Shown here: positions 13,876 to 27,348 of the stretch, in pieces
Layout: every line of letters begins with the position of its first letter
Numbering within the stretch: the first letter of the stretch is position 1
From: Octopus sinensis
Taxonomy: Eukaryota
Length of the DNA: 64,000 nucleotides
Direction: 5' to 3'
Assembly: GCF_006345805.1 (NCBI RefSeq)
Contig: NC_043001.1
Span: forward strand, 113,336,001-113,400,000
Position numbers and translations under genes: made by a program
The notes under the pieces: model-generated
What the model was told of the DNA's origin: nothing
The model's database searches: none
The model's input: the letters and a program-made list of their open reading frames with translations, nothing else

Positions 13876-14102
13876 TATTTCTTTACTACCCACAAGGAAC
13901 TAAACACAGAGAGGACAAACAAGGACAGACAAACGGATTAAGTCGATCATATCGACCCCAGTGCGTAACTGGTACTTAATTTATCGACCCCCGAAAGGAT
14001 GAAAGGCAAAGTCGACGTCGGCGGAATTTGAACTCAGAACGCAGCGGCGGACGAAATACCGCAAAGCATTTCGCTCGGCGTGCTAACGTTTCTGCCAGCT
14101 CC
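13876..14102 (-). mobile_element. SINE family A, near full length, with 13-bp TSD
   Basis: TSD ctctgagaatatc at 13863-13875 and 14103-14115. Confidence 0.93.
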
Positions 14103-14389
14103 CTCTGAGAATATCGTCCTTATTTCCTCCTACCACAAAAGCCTTGTAAAGGGGGTCTTGTGCAAAACTTTCATTCCTGTCTTAAAGAAAAATGAAAACA
14201 AATTTTAGTGTTATAAATTCAACTTAACACAAGCGGGTTCTCTTTTGCTTCTATTGCTTTTATTCCTATCATACACTCACTCTCTCACACACCTACATAC
14301 GTGCATACACACACAAACACACGCACATACACACATACATCCATATCTAATTCGAAGTGTAAATATATATAGATACATACAAACAAATC

Positions 14390-14441
14390 TCTCTCTCTCT
14401 TTCTATCTATCTATCTGTCTGTCTGTCTGTCTATCTATCTT

Positions 14442-14489
<48 letters not shown>

Positions 14490-14574
14490 CCTACCTACCT
14501 ACCTACCTACCTACCTACCTACCTACATACCTACCTACGTGCCTACCTACCTACCTACCTATCTATTTTATCTG

Positions 14575-14618
<44 letters not shown>

Positions 14619-14619
14619 A

Positions 14620-14670
<51 letters not shown>

Positions 14671-14755
14671 CTCTCTCTCTCTCCTCTCTTTCTCTCTATC
14701 TATCTATCTATCTATCTATCAATCTATCTATCTATCCTTCTATCTATCTATATAC
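14390..14755. repeat. (TATC)n/(TACC)n/(CT)n compound microsatellite
   Basis: Directly visible. Confidence 0.95.
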
Positions 14756-15305
14756 TTGTGAGTGTGTGTGGACAGAGAGAAGTACAGGATGATGCAAATG
14801 TAGAAGTGTCTTGTATTCTATGTTACTTTATATGACAGGCAATGAGAAGTCTTGCCAATATAATACAATATTAATAGGCAGCACACGTTATTGAGAAGTA
14901 GTAAAACTACGGTATGGCAAGATTTCAATATATACATATTTTTATATGCATACGAGCATACATTTATGTATACAGAACAAATATACACCAAACATGCACA
15001 CATACATATGTTTCTATCTTTCGCACGGCCATATTTGTTTGTGAGTGCATGTGTATGTGTGTATGTGTGTGAGTATATATATATATATATATATATATGG
15101 ACCACTATATATACACATATATGAATGCATTTACCCATATAAGTTTACACATACATACATACATCCGTAGGTATATACATGCATATATATTTGTGTATAT
15201 TTTATACCCATGCGTGTATATATATGTGTGTATATATGTATGTATATATTTTTAAGCATACATGCGCATAAATACCTTAGTCGAATGTGCACAAATAAAT
15301 GCGTG

Positions 15306-15347
<42 letters not shown>

Positions 15348-15358
15348 CACACACACAC

Positions 15359-15405
<47 letters not shown>

Positions 15406-15415
15406 CACTTGCATA

Positions 15416-17120
15416 TACTTTGATACTTGATACTTTGATAGGTTTCGGCCATTATTGGCCCAGGCCATGTCTAACTTAATAGCACCACCTGGTGAAGTCT
15501 TTCAAGTCAGAATTGGGCACTATGGCCCACTCAAGTAGAGAGTTATTGTTTACAGAGACATATCCGGGTGTAGGGGTTTATCCGGGATTTCTTGAAGAAT
15601 CTGTCCAAAGACTTCTTGAACCCTATAGGGTCAGTTTCTGTTTTATGCGTTTTGGTGTAATGTTAAAGAGAGCGGGGCCAATGAGGTGAAATAATTGTGC
15701 CGTATTGTTGTTATGAGATGAGAGTTGCGATTTTTGTTTTGGGCGGATGGCACGGGGCCCAAGCCTTGGATGTACCTTAAAGGTGATGCCAACATCATTT
15801 GGGCCAATGCTGATGAATATTTTCCACATCATGCAGATGATTGTAGCGCTCACGACGACGTTGGAGAGAATAGAGTTTTAGCTTTTCTAGTCGACCCCAA
15901 TAGCGAGGCCTGTCATGCCATCTATCTTTTTTGTGATTGCCCTTGAGGTGCTTCGACTTTTATGATACCTTGTATTGTGTGGGGAGACCACAGTGGACAA
16001 CAGTATTCAAGGTGGGGTCGGGCAAAGGTGGAGAAGAGAAGGTATAATGGTGTGGATATCTCTCGAAGGGAAAGTTCTGAGAATCCAGGAACACATTCTG
16101 CGGGCCATGTCAACTTTGGTGTTTATATGAGTGGCCCAGCTTACGTTTGTTGTCCACAATTACTCCCAAGTCTCTGATGTTGTTGGACGCCGTGAGAGTT
16201 TCACATGTAAGGAAGGGAGTATGGGAGTTTCAGGGCATCCTCCTTTTCCAAAGTGGATTAGCTCAAATATCCTCGTTCAGCAGCATATTGTTTTTTTCTG
16301 CCCATTGGATAACAGCCAGTAGATCTGACTGAAGGCATGTCCGGTCACTCGCCTCATTTATGACCTTCTGTAGCTTGGAGTCATCTGCAAAGATTTTATG
16401 TGCTGTGCTTGATGATGTCATTAATGTCATTAATGTAATGATGAAAAGAAGTGGGCCCAGCACAGTGCCTTGCGAAACGCCACTACTGACTTTGGCTGGG
16501 CTTTGATTTTACCCCTCTTCAACTACAACATGTTGAGATCTGTCTGTCAGGAAACCTTAATCCATTTCAGTAACTTTCCAGAGACACCAATGTTGGATAG
16601 TTTTTCAATAGGATCTTGTGATCGACCCTGTCGAAGGCCTTACTGAAATCAAGGTAGATGACACGGTGTTGGAGCCCTCTCCCAAAGCTCTCAAAATGTC
16701 CTCAAAGTGATGCAGGAGCTGCGTTAGGCAGTCCCTTCCATACGGAACCCATGTTTGTTGGAGATCAGCCGTCTGTTGCTTTCCAGAAATTGGGTTATTT
16801 TGAGATTCACCACCCTCTCAAATACCTTGATGATATGAGAGGTGAGTGAGATCGGACGGTAATTCACTGCAAGGGACTTGTTTCCCTTTTTGAAACTGGG
16901 ACAACAGACTGGGACAGAAGGTTTTTTGGAATATAGCCCAGCATCAGTGAGTTTCTCCACAGATAGCAAGGGGAGATGCAAGTTGGTGTCGACACACCTT
17001 CGTGGACACAAGCAGGGAACCTATCGGGGGGCTACTGCTGAATTGTGTTTATTTCGTTATCGCCGCTAAGACATCAGGGGCCACTAAACGTTATGTCCGA
17101 TAAGTGTGTTGGGGTTGACA
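15416..17120 (-). mobile_element. CR1/L2-group LINE, 5'-truncated, degenerate reverse transcriptase
   Basis: Minus-strand fragments FKKGNKSLAVNYRPISLTSHIIKVFERVV, LGPLLFII, FADDSKL and RPHLEYCCPLWSP; 3' tail of short tandem repeats (aagtatca) at 15416-15442. Confidence 0.95.
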
Positions 17121-17318
17121 TCATATATATACATGTATATCACTATACATACATATATACATATATATGTACATTCATATATATATATGTACGCACTCAT
17201 ATGAACTCTTCCAAAGCGTACCTGCACATCATTCATTCATGAGGTAGACTGGGATAAACTAAAGATATGTTTTCGATCTTCACATGTTTTTTTTAAATCT
17301 CTATGCTTATCAAGATCG

Positions 17319-17704
<386 letters not shown>

Positions 17705-17987
17705 GTGCATATATATATATACATACACATACATGTAGTGTGTGTGTGTGGGGGGGGTTAAACGCACGTGGACTGTTGGCGATTTTCCCTTATTTTTCCT
17801 TATTTCTCTTTGAATTTCTCTGTTTTCGACGAAGAGCTATGCTCGAAACATTAGCAACAACTATCTCCCTCAACCGAGCGTCAACTTAATACATTTCTTG
17901 TGCGCGTACTCACGTTCGTTTTTTTTCTTTTTTCTCTGTTATTTAATTGTTTGTTTATTTGAATTGATCATATATATATATATATAT

Positions 17988-18205
17988 CTCCTTTACTTGT
18001 TTCAGTCATTTGACTGCGGCCATGCTGGAGCACCACCTTTAGTCGAGCAAATCGACCCGGGACTTATTCTTTGTAGGCCCAGTACTTATTCTATCGGGCT
18101 CTTTTTGCCGAACCGATAAGTGACGGGCACGTAAACACACCAGCATCGGTTGTCAAGCGATGGTGGGGGGACAAACACAGACACACAAACACATACAATA
18201 CATAC

Positions 18206-18265
<60 letters not shown>

Positions 18266-18441
18266 ATACATATATACATATATACGACAGGCTTCTTTCA
18301 GTTTCCGTCTACAAATCCACTCACAAGGCATTGGTCCGCCCGAGGCTATAGCAGAAGACACTTGCCCAAGATGCCACGTAGTGGGACTGAACTGGGACCA
18401 TGTGGTTGGTAAGCAAGCTACTTACCACACAGTCACTCCAG
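17988..18441 (-). mobile_element. SINE family B (CORE-like domain, internal microsatellite)
   Basis: Minus: ggagtgactgtgtggtaag.. tRNA-like head; cttgggcaagtgtcttctgctatagcctcggg resembles the CORE-SINE motif; internal (TA)n; tail ..gactgaaacaagtaaa. Confidence 0.9.
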
Positions 18442-18476
18442 CTGTATATATATAATATATATATATTATATATATA

Positions 18477-18517
<41 letters not shown>

Positions 18518-18554
18518 TTCTATCCTTTATTATCTTGTTCTTTTCATAGAGTGA

Positions 18555-18925
18555 GTATCGAGCTGGCAGAACCATTACCACGCCGCACAAATGATTAGTG
18601 GCATTTCGTCCGTCTTTACATTCTGAGTTTGAAATCCGCTAGGGTTACATCCATTGGTGTCGCTAAAATAAGTACACTTCAAGTGCTGGGGTCGATGTAA
18701 TTGACTTCCCTCTCTCCTCAAAAGCTATCGAAATTTTGAAACACTTGCTTTGTTCGTTTGTTTCAGTCATTGGATTGCAGACATGACCTAAACCGGTTCC
18801 ACTACTTACTTCTTGTGTCAGGTACTTATTGTATTGCTTTTTTATTGCCTAACGCGGATGTAAACAGAAGAACACTGCTTACGAAGCGGAGAAATAGAAC
18901 TAAAACACCAAGGCTTGCTCATTTA
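18555..18925. mobile_element. Degenerate SINE A (plus) followed by degenerate SINE B fragment (minus)
   Basis: gagctggcagaaccattaccacgccg.. head; tttcagtcattggattgcagacatg.. tail. Confidence 0.65.
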
Positions 18926-19445
18926 TACATACATACATACATACATATGCATATATGTTTATATATATAATGTGTGTGTATATATATATATACAATTAAG
19001 GGAATGGAACTAGTAAAATGTAAGCTACTGATGTTTCTTAACTAACTGTAGCTTATTACGCAAGCGTTGCGCAATGAACTCGTCCTAGCGTAGCTAATCA
19101 TTAGGCTCTGAATACCTGAAAGAAGTTTATATTGCCGCACAGAATTTATGTCTCTGTCTCCATCTGTCTGTCTGTGTCTCCTACTCCACTCTCTCTCTCT
19201 CTCCTCTCCCCTCTCTCTCTATACATATAAAATTAGAAAAAATCCCCACCTTTTATCAATTCAAAATGAATAATTAAATTACACCATCGAGAAAATTACA
19301 TATAATAGGAAATTAAAAATTAAAATAACAATAAAATGTAAAGATTAAGTAAATTGCAAAAGTAATAATAATAATAATGTATATAATAGGTTTGGATTAT
19401 ATTCCCTGAAATAATAATTATTATATATATATATATATTATGTGC

Positions 19446-19660
19446 GTGTGCATGGCCTACTGGTTAGGCTGTTGTGTGTACGATTGCAAGGTCGTGGGTT
19501 CGATTCCTGTACCTGGTGATCTGTTGTGTCTATAAGCATGGCACTCCATTTCACACTGCTTAAATTTACTCAACCACGTCTTCCAGCTGGTTCAAAAACG
19601 GGACGTTTATGTTTGCATATTAGCTGCCAGCCTATAATCAATGACGATGGCTTGATGTCA
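19446..19660 (+). mobile_element. Degenerate tRNA-derived SINE (CORE/Meta-like central domain)
   Basis: tggcctactggttagg..ggtcgtgggttcgattcc (A and B box-like) followed by a degenerate gttgtgtc..agca.gacact..atttcac. Confidence 0.6.
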
Positions 19661-20029
19661 CACACACACACGCTCACGCACAAGTACTGATTGTCCTTAC
19701 TGTCTCTAATGTCTGCAGCAGAGGAGTTTAAATTAGGAAAATTCCCTTACTACATATTATTACGCAATTCGATGGATTCTCTGATTCTCTTGTTGTTGAC
19801 AAGAACGAAAAAGAACATAAGAAAATCTGGTGGCCTGGAAAACACCACTCTGGAAATGGGGGATAGGCGTCGTGAAGAACACATTGGCGGACTTTGGACA
19901 TACGCAGAATAAATGGATATCTTGGAAAAACTACAAAGACAAGTGTGACATTATAACTATAGAAGGGGGAAGATGAGCGTGCAACGAAAACAAGTTTATA
20001 CAGTTAATGTTTCATGGTTACCTAATGAA

Positions 20030-20312
20030 GGTGCATAGATCAGTGGTTAGAGCGTCAGGATAACATTCACTAGGTAGTGAGTTCGTTTCCCGGATCGGGC
20101 TGTGTGTTGTGCCCTTGAGCAAGACACTTTATTTCACATTGCTCAGCTGTAGAAATGAGTTGCCTTCCTCTTGGTTAACATCGGTGGGGTAGAGAAGTGA
20201 GGCTGGTTTGCACGAGCGACTGCTGGTCTTCCACAAACAAGCTTGCCCGTACCTTTGTGGGTAACTTTCTAGGTGCAATCGTATGGTCATTCGGGCCCGA
20301 AGTGGGGGTCTT
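20030..20312 (+). mobile_element. tRNA-derived SINE with CORE/Meta-like domain
   Basis: cagtggttagagcg..gagttcgtttccc head, then gtgttgtgcccttgagcaagacactttatttcacattgctc. Confidence 0.75.
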
Positions 20313-20388
20313 TATTCTTCATGGGTACCTCTAGGAAGAGCTGAGTAAAGAATGTTTTTCTGGTGCATGTTGTGAAAATAGAACCAAC

Positions 20389-20732
20389 GAGGCTGAAATT
20401 CCTCTTGGGTTTTCTTCCTCGAACGATATTACGTGGTAGAGCTAAAGTGATACCGCTATTAGACATCGAGGCAAAAGTTATGCATTATTGTGGCATGCTA
20501 TGACAGCACGCAACTCGTGCCTTGTGGAGTATGCCTGCTGGCACAACCTAGATGAGGTTGAAATTCCTCTTGAGTTGATGCACATTGGGTTTTCTTCCTC
20601 GAACGATATTACGTGGTAGAGCTAAAGTGATACAGCTATTAGTCATCGAGGCAAAAGTTATGCTCTACTGTGGCATGTTCTGATAGCACGCAACTCATGC
20701 CTTGTGGAGTATGCCTGCTGGCATAACCTAGA
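20389..20732. repeat. Two-copy tandem duplication (165 and 179 bp)
   Basis: Units start gaggctgaaattcctcttg (20389) and gaggttgaaattcctcttg (20554); unit 2 has a 14-nt extra segment. Confidence 0.95.
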
Positions 20733-21220
20733 CACGAGCATCTTTGCCTATGAAGAAAAATAACAACACACCAGCCTTAATGTAATAAAATCAAAACCCA
20801 GTTGCATCCTGTGTTTATTTTTCCGCAACGAGGGTGATAAAGGACAAGAGAGGGGTGTAAATAAAGAAAAACAGACACCCAGACTTCTGCACGCTACTAA
20901 TGACTGGAAGGTGCCGCTGGATATAAGATAAAATTAATTGCATTTGTTTTCAGAAAGCGATACCCCCAATTAGAAGCAACGCCCTAAATTTCATTTAAAA
21001 TGTCCTTATTCTAGAATTAGCGATGTTTACGGAAGACAATATTGAGTGAATTGATAAAAAAAAGCGCTTAAAATATAAAGCACTTAAAGAATCATATAAG
21101 CTACACTGATGGCAGTAAACTGTACATCCAGTAGAAGTGAGATGTAATATAGTTGTAGTTACATCCAATATGTTTTACGTGGATGGCTTTGAACTTAGAA
21201 AGGACAGTGGATTTCCTTAA

Positions 21221-21451
21221 GGCGGCGAGCTGGCAGAAACGTTAGCACGCCGGGCGAAATGCTAAGCGGTATTTCGTCTGCCGCTACGTTCTGAGTTCAA
21301 ATTCCGCCGAGGTCGACTTTGCCTTTCATCCTTTCGGGGTCGATAAAATAAGTACCAGTTATGCACTGGGGTTGATATAATCGACTTAATCCCTTTGTCT
21401 GCCCTTGTTTGTCCCCTCTGTGTTTAGCCCCTTGTGGGTAGTAAAGAAATA
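21221..21451 (+). mobile_element. SINE family A, full length
   Basis: Near-perfect match to the other full copies. Confidence 0.95.
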
Positions 21452-21894
21452 GGTACAGTGTTACGTGAGCTTGGCGGAGATGGAGAGATGTAGAAATTGC
21501 TTCATATAGTAGACGTAGAAGTTCTCATGGAGGTATCATGGTGAGAACTTTTGCTAATAGATAATAACAACACAATTTATACCCAAATTATTTCTTCATT
21601 GATATAATTACGTATTGATTTCCTCAACTAAGTTTACATTAAATAAAGTTTGTTAATTTTATTGATATTCTATTGCATAGCCTTTAGTTTCTATTTAATG
21701 ACCCCTGTGATATGGATCATCCCATTAACCAAACCCTATAACATTTTACCCTTGCTATATCCCCCATTAATTTGAAATCAGATGTAGTCTCGCAACCTCT
21801 GGATATTGTCTTGGAATTTACTTCTTTACCATTTCTTACTATTATTTACTATTCTATTATTTTATTTTACTTTTTCACATGTTTGATTCTTACC

Positions 21895-22041
21895 ATTATG
21901 GACTCTCTGATGAAGCTTTGGGGTTCAATTATTGTCCAACTTCTGTTCAACCATTGTACAGTCTCTGTATAATATTTGTATAATATCGATATGATGTGTC
22001 AACTTTGACATGGTGGACCCCAAAGTAGAAACAGCCATAAG
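21895..22041 (+). ncRNA. Hammerhead-like motif with 13-bp stem II and long insert; stem III and cleavage site lost
   Basis: CTGATGA 21907-21913; gctttggggttca pairs with tggaccccaaagt; GAAAC at 22028; ttatgg/ccataa flanks. Confidence 0.6.
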
Positions 22042-22124
22042 AATAACATTTTATTCACTCATTTATTCTTATTTATTGATACATATGACTGTAATTAATA
22101 AATAGATGTAAAATAAATAGATGT

Positions 22125-22273
22125 ATGTCTGTCTGTCTGTCTGTATGTATGTATGTATGTATGTATGTATGTATGTATGTATGTATGTATGTATGTATGT
22201 ACGTATGTATGTATGTATGTATGTATGTATGTATGTATGTATATCTATATTATGTATGTATGTATGTATGTAT

Positions 22274-22318
<45 letters not shown>

Positions 22319-22319
22319 A

Positions 22320-22389
<70 letters not shown>

Positions 22390-22450
22390 ATCTCTCTCCT
22401 CTCTCCCCCCTCTCTCTCTCTCTCTCTCTTTCTATATATATATATATATA
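22125..22450. repeat. (TATG)n/(TATC)n/(CT)n/(TA)n compound microsatellite
   Basis: Directly visible. Confidence 0.95.
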
Positions 22451-22485
22451 TTTATATAGGACCATTTCATGGTAAACTTAAGTAA

Positions 22486-22914
22486 TACTAAATAATTAGG
22501 GTTCAGCAAAGATTTGCTTTACCACATACCGAAGTTTAGAAATAGCAGCCAAAAGACGTTAGCTATTTCTTCTACTTTAAAAAGGGACTCCCAGAAAAAC
22601 CAAAATACTTGAAAACAATCCACACAGGCAGAGAGGAAGAAGTAACGAAAATCAATCAATATCTGGTCACCTATGGACGCGCGTTTCGGAATTAGGTTGG
22701 AATGAAGAATATAGAATTATGCTTTACGAACCGTTTTCCTCTTCAGCATAGGACCCCATCAATAATTAAATATTGAAATATTAAATTCGAAGGTAGTGGA
22801 ATAATTGAACATATCTCTCCACCTAACGGTATCAGGTGCCCCTTTTTAAAGTAGAAGAAATAGCTAAACGGTATGTGGTAAAGCAAATCTTTGCTGAACC
22901 CTAATTGTTTAGTA
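22486..22914. mobile_element. Foldback element: inverted arms 22486-22586 and 22840-22914 enclosing a hammerhead
   Basis: The right arm is the reverse complement of the left arm minus a segment of about 26 bp; the left arm recurs at 53292-53368. Confidence 0.8.
22670..22752 (-). ncRNA. Type I hammerhead ribozyme, canonical core
   Basis: Minus: cctatg CTGAAGA ggaa [44 nt] ttcc GAAAC gcgc GTC catagg; stem I 6 bp perfect, stem II 4 bp, palindromic stem III, GUC site. Confidence 0.85.
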
Positions 22915-24134
22915 TCCATCCATATATATATATATATATATTTATATATATGTGTGTGTGTGTGTGTGTGTATAAATGTATGTATATATATATATATATA
23001 TATGTATATGCATTTACATCTATATGTACACACGCATACATGCATACACACATACACATATACACGCATACACAAATACACACATACACAGATACACTCA
23101 TACACACACCGATCTTCTACTATTGCACTAGCTTACACTATTCTCTAATTCGTATACTTCTATAGCAATCTGAGTACATTCTGTATTGGTGTGGCATTCC
23201 TGAATAATCTAATCTAATTTTAGACAACATTTTTCACTTAGAGACTCTCTGAATCCGCACCCACTAGTCTAGACTAGTGTCGAGGTAGCTGAGAAGGACT
23301 CCAGAAAAATGCTTTAGAAAAGAATCTCTTACTGTTATTCTTGTCTGTAGGTCTATCATTACTAACGGTGGTGATGTTGTTGACGCAGTCTTAACGTTCA
23401 CGCTGACATCGACCACTCGAATTCAATGATCTCACAGCTAAATTAAATATTGATACAACCAAGACAAATTACGAATACAGAGTTAAAGATATCGCAGTAA
23501 TGGTAGCTTATCATAACGTACATGTCATCATATCGTTTATTAATGAGAATAACTGATGTTGTTATTCTATGTAGTTTTACGCCGCTTACACGAATCTCTC
23601 GTATCAGTTGATAGCGCATAGTCGCGTATATACACGTTACCCAACCCTGCTATGGCTCCAAGATAGACTACTTCACCTGGTTTCTTTGTCTCACACCGAA
23701 ATGGCGTGTAGCTGTAATACAGTTTAAACATATTAACCACTTCCCCCCTACAGAGGCTCTGTCTCCAATCGTAAGTGTCTTACTGGAAAAAAAAAAAAAA
23801 ACATCATCCAGGAAAGTTGATCTAAGGAAATTCTAGTTTACTGCACTTCATAACTGGAAGAAAAGCGCAGTTAATTACACAGCCTTGCCCATCTCTCTCT
23901 TACACTCTCTCTCTCCCTCTCTCTCCCTATCTTTCTTTCTTTCTCTCTATCTTTCTTTTTCTATTTCCCTTTCTCTCTGGTTCTCTGTTTCTTTCTCTTT
24001 TCGTATACATACATGCACACATACGTACACACATATTTATACTTCTCTGTATATGTAGCTGGTTAGCTAACCTCGTACAGGCTTCCATAGAACCTTGTAT
24101 CCCCCTCTCACAGTATACACACACACACACAAAC

Positions 24135-24167
<33 letters not shown>

Positions 24168-24193
24168 TCAAATAAGAGTGTCCATCATATCTA

Positions 24194-24231
<38 letters not shown>

Positions 24232-24269
24232 TATATTCACATGTACACACATACATATATCTGTGTAAT

Positions 24270-24487
24270 TTTGTGTGTATTTGTGTATTTCTGCCCATGT
24301 GTATGCTTGGCAAACAGTCCTGGTTGCTTATGTCCAAGTAGCATAGCGAATCGGCAAAAATGAAATCGATGGAATAAGTATCAGAATTCAAACAAGTACT
24401 TGTGTGAATTTGTTTGACTAAACCCTTGAAGGCAATGCTGTAGCCGGACCACAGTCAAATAAGTGGTACAAGTAAAAGAATAAAGAA
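24270..24487 (+). mobile_element. Degenerate SINE B 3' half
   Basis: cggcaaaaatgaaatcgatggaataagtatc..cacagtcaaata..acaagtaaaagaataaaga. Confidence 0.65.
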
Positions 24488-24602
24488 CACATACACACAC
24501 GTATATATAGGGAGAATTCACGAAAAAAAACCCAAAAGACCAAGACAGGTGGTGTACAAAACAAACAGATGTATTAGTATAACGCTCAGGAATTGAAAAA
24601 GT

Positions 24603-24638
24603 CTTTTACGTTTCGAGCCTACGCTCTTCTACAGAAAG
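24603..24638 (-). ncRNA. Minimal hammerhead-like motif (core variant CTGTAGA)
   Basis: Minus: cttt CTGTAGA a GAGC gtag GCTC GAAAC GTA aaag. Confidence 0.55.
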
Positions 24639-24696
24639 GAGCACAGAAAGAAACAAGGAGAGAAAAAATGTATACACACGTATATATATATATGTA

Positions 24697-24910
24697 CAGG
24701 GTGCGGCATAACTACCTCTCACATTTGAAAGGCTAACAAAAAGGAAAAGAAACAAAATTTATGAAAAATTAATGTTCCTGTTGTTTAAACAAATGTTTAT
24801 AGTTTTTATCCATTAGCTAAATTATAACAGCATAGGCACTTGCATAATAAGTTCATTAGCAACACATAGGTGAAAGTTTAAAATGTGGGAGGCATTTCTG
24901 CCGCATCCTG
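24697..24910. mobile_element. Tc1/mariner-type MITE
   Basis: About 30-bp imperfect TIRs cagggtgcggcataactacctctcacattt / aaatgtgggaggcatttctgccgcatcctg; TA at the left end; no ORF. Confidence 0.8.
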
Positions 24911-25618
24911 GATATATGTATATAAATGTCATTTACTGTCGTAGTCATCTGCTTACACACAGTCACGCTCTGTAATAATGATATATCTATACGCAGTCAC
25001 TTATTTCAGCAATGGCATGATGTTTCTGCTATGATTATTACATCATTGTGCCTTCATTGACAGTAATTTACTTCCGATGTTATCTTTAATAACTATCAAA
25101 CATGTATTACCATGTCGTCAAAAATGACGGCTGTTTTTTATAAATTAAGACTTCGTATTTTCCATTTAATTTTTTCAGACTTGGAACTTTGCTAAAAGGC
25201 TGAGACTAGTAATTCCTAAATTTGATTGAGTATACTCCTCATAGAAAATGATGCATCACAAAAGGATACAATTATGCTGTCACTTGCGTCATCAAAACTG
25301 ACATCATTTTACTTACTAACGTCTTTTACTGGTCAACTTAATGTTTTAATGATGAATGAAAAATTTTAATTAAAATTATTATTTAATACTTACAGAAATA
25401 TAACAGTATTATTTACAAAACATTGAAATATTTTGACTATAGGAATTTTGTGTGGTGTTTTTTCTTGAGGTGGTGGTGGTGGTGAATATTTGATTGTTTC
25501 TAAGGCTTTATCAATATCATTAGTCGTTGGTTTATCGAGGGTTCTATTTAGTTGGATTCGTGCGAGTTACCCTCGATATCGCTACGATTTATTAATGCAT
25601 TTGATTTGGAAAAAGATG

Positions 25619-26000
25619 GAAGCACTCCGTCGGTTACGACGACGAGGGTTCCGGTTGATCCGAATCAACGGAACAGCCTGCTCGTGAAATTAACGTGCAA
25701 GTGGCTGAGCACTCCACAGATACGTGCACCCTTAACGTAGTTCTCGAGGATATTCAGCGTGACACAGAGAGTGACAAGGCTGGCCTTTTGATATACAGGT
25801 ACAACAGAAACAGGAAGTAAGAGTGAGAGAAAGTTGTGGTGAAAGAGTACAGCAGGGATCGCCACCATCCCCTGCCGGAGCCTCGTGGAGCTTTAGGTGT
25901 TTTCGCTCAATAAACACTCACAACGCCCGGTCTGGGAATCGAAACCGCGATTCTACGACCGCGAGTCCGCTGCCCTATCCACTGGGTCATTGCGCCTCCA
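25619..26000 (-). mobile_element. SINE family C (tRNA-like head), full length, with about 12-bp TSD
   Basis: Head ggaggcgcaatgacccagtgg..ggtttcgattccc; TSD t(t/a)ggaaaaagat at 25606-25617 and 26002-26013. Confidence 0.92.
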
Positions 26001-26390
26001 CTAGGAAAAAGATATTTACCATGTGTATTAGTAACTTTAAGTTTTGTAAGATGATTTAGAAAATTTATATATTTTTATAGATCAAGAAATAGTTTAATTG
26101 AAATAACAACGTTGGAAGTTATCGGTTAAAAGAAAAGTTTTATTCTTTGATATGGTACCGATAATGCAATTATAAGTACTTATCCTTGTTTCAGATCTTA
26201 TTTTGTCTTTCATCGTTCCACTCGTACTATTGTGGACATTCTACGGTACAGCTTTTAAGAGCATAGTAGAACAAATCGATCCTATTATCTATACAGTTTT
26301 ACATTTAAGAGATGAGGAATTATGTACATTATTTGAATTATTTACATTATTTACATTCGACGGCTATTTGTCCTCATCTTGTTTGTTGTT

Positions 26391-26436
26391 AACCCAACGT
26401 TTCGGCTGATATATCCTCCAGCCCTCTTCAGATGTC
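26391..26436 (-). ncRNA. Minimal type I hammerhead-like motif in SINE tail
   Basis: Minus: gacat CTGAAGA g GGCTG gaggatatat CAGCC GAAAC GTT gggtt; stem I imperfect. Confidence 0.65.
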
Positions 26437-26486
26437 TTGGGCGAAATTTCGAACCTGGGTTCTCATTCCTAAGGTATTTTTCGATG

Positions 26487-26526
<40 letters not shown>

Positions 26527-26530
26527 CATC

Positions 26531-26562
<32 letters not shown>

Positions 26563-26644
26563 CATTTTCATTGTCATTGTCATTATCATTATCATTATCA
26601 TCATTATTATTATTGTTATTATTAATATTATTATTGTTATTATT

Positions 26645-27195
26645 GAGTGAGAGAGCAGTGCATGCCATCAAAGTGACACTGGGGTAAAATATACAAAGCC
26701 CAGCATACCCATCATGACTACCCGTCTGATAAAGGTACACCAGGCACATGCATCACAACCATATGTGCGCGACATGGTGATCTCATATCAGGATAAACAG
26801 CGCATGACCTTGCAGGTGGGGCCCAGTTAGAATTTTCTTCAGGTTGAGTAGCCCATCCCGCTCAAAAGGTCCCTGAATAAGGGTTTTTTAAGATGTTGAA
26901 AGAACCACCCATGTTTCCAGAGGTGATTATTCAAACCCCAAAGAATCCCTCTCCACACATGGCTATGATGCTCCCCCACTACTTCTGCTCGTGATCAGAG
27001 ATGCACATATCGTCAGCCACTAAGGGACATGCTCAACTGGTTAAGGTCAAATAACTGACAAGCAAATCTGGTATTGAGCAGAATATTTGCTGTAGCCCAC
27101 CTTTTATACCAAGACAAAACAATGTACATGATAACACTTCCAATCAGTTAAGATCAGAAGCCATGAGAGCCACTGCCTGGTACTGCATCAGGGCA
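26645..27195 (-). mobile_element. Non-coding element D (about 550 bp) inserted in (AAT)n
   Basis: Aligns end to end with 63254-63807; starts tgccctgatgcag, ends ctctctcactc, then aat repeats. Confidence 0.85.
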
Positions 27196-27224
27196 TTTAT
27201 CATTATTATTATTATTACTACTAC

Positions 27225-27257
<33 letters not shown>

Positions 27258-27276
27258 CATCATCATCATCATCTTA

Positions 27277-27348
<72 letters not shown>

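Noticed and set aside
19691-19990. Possible RTE-type LINE C-terminus (GGLENTTLE..RRR)
   Set aside because: Similarity too weak to support
23262-23279. Perfect 18-bp palindrome cactagtctagactagtg
   Set aside because: A palindrome this short is not unexpected once in 64 kb and has no supporting context
23330-23760. Unique segment with short open frames and splice-like signals
   Set aside because: No consistent exon frame and no recognisable peptide
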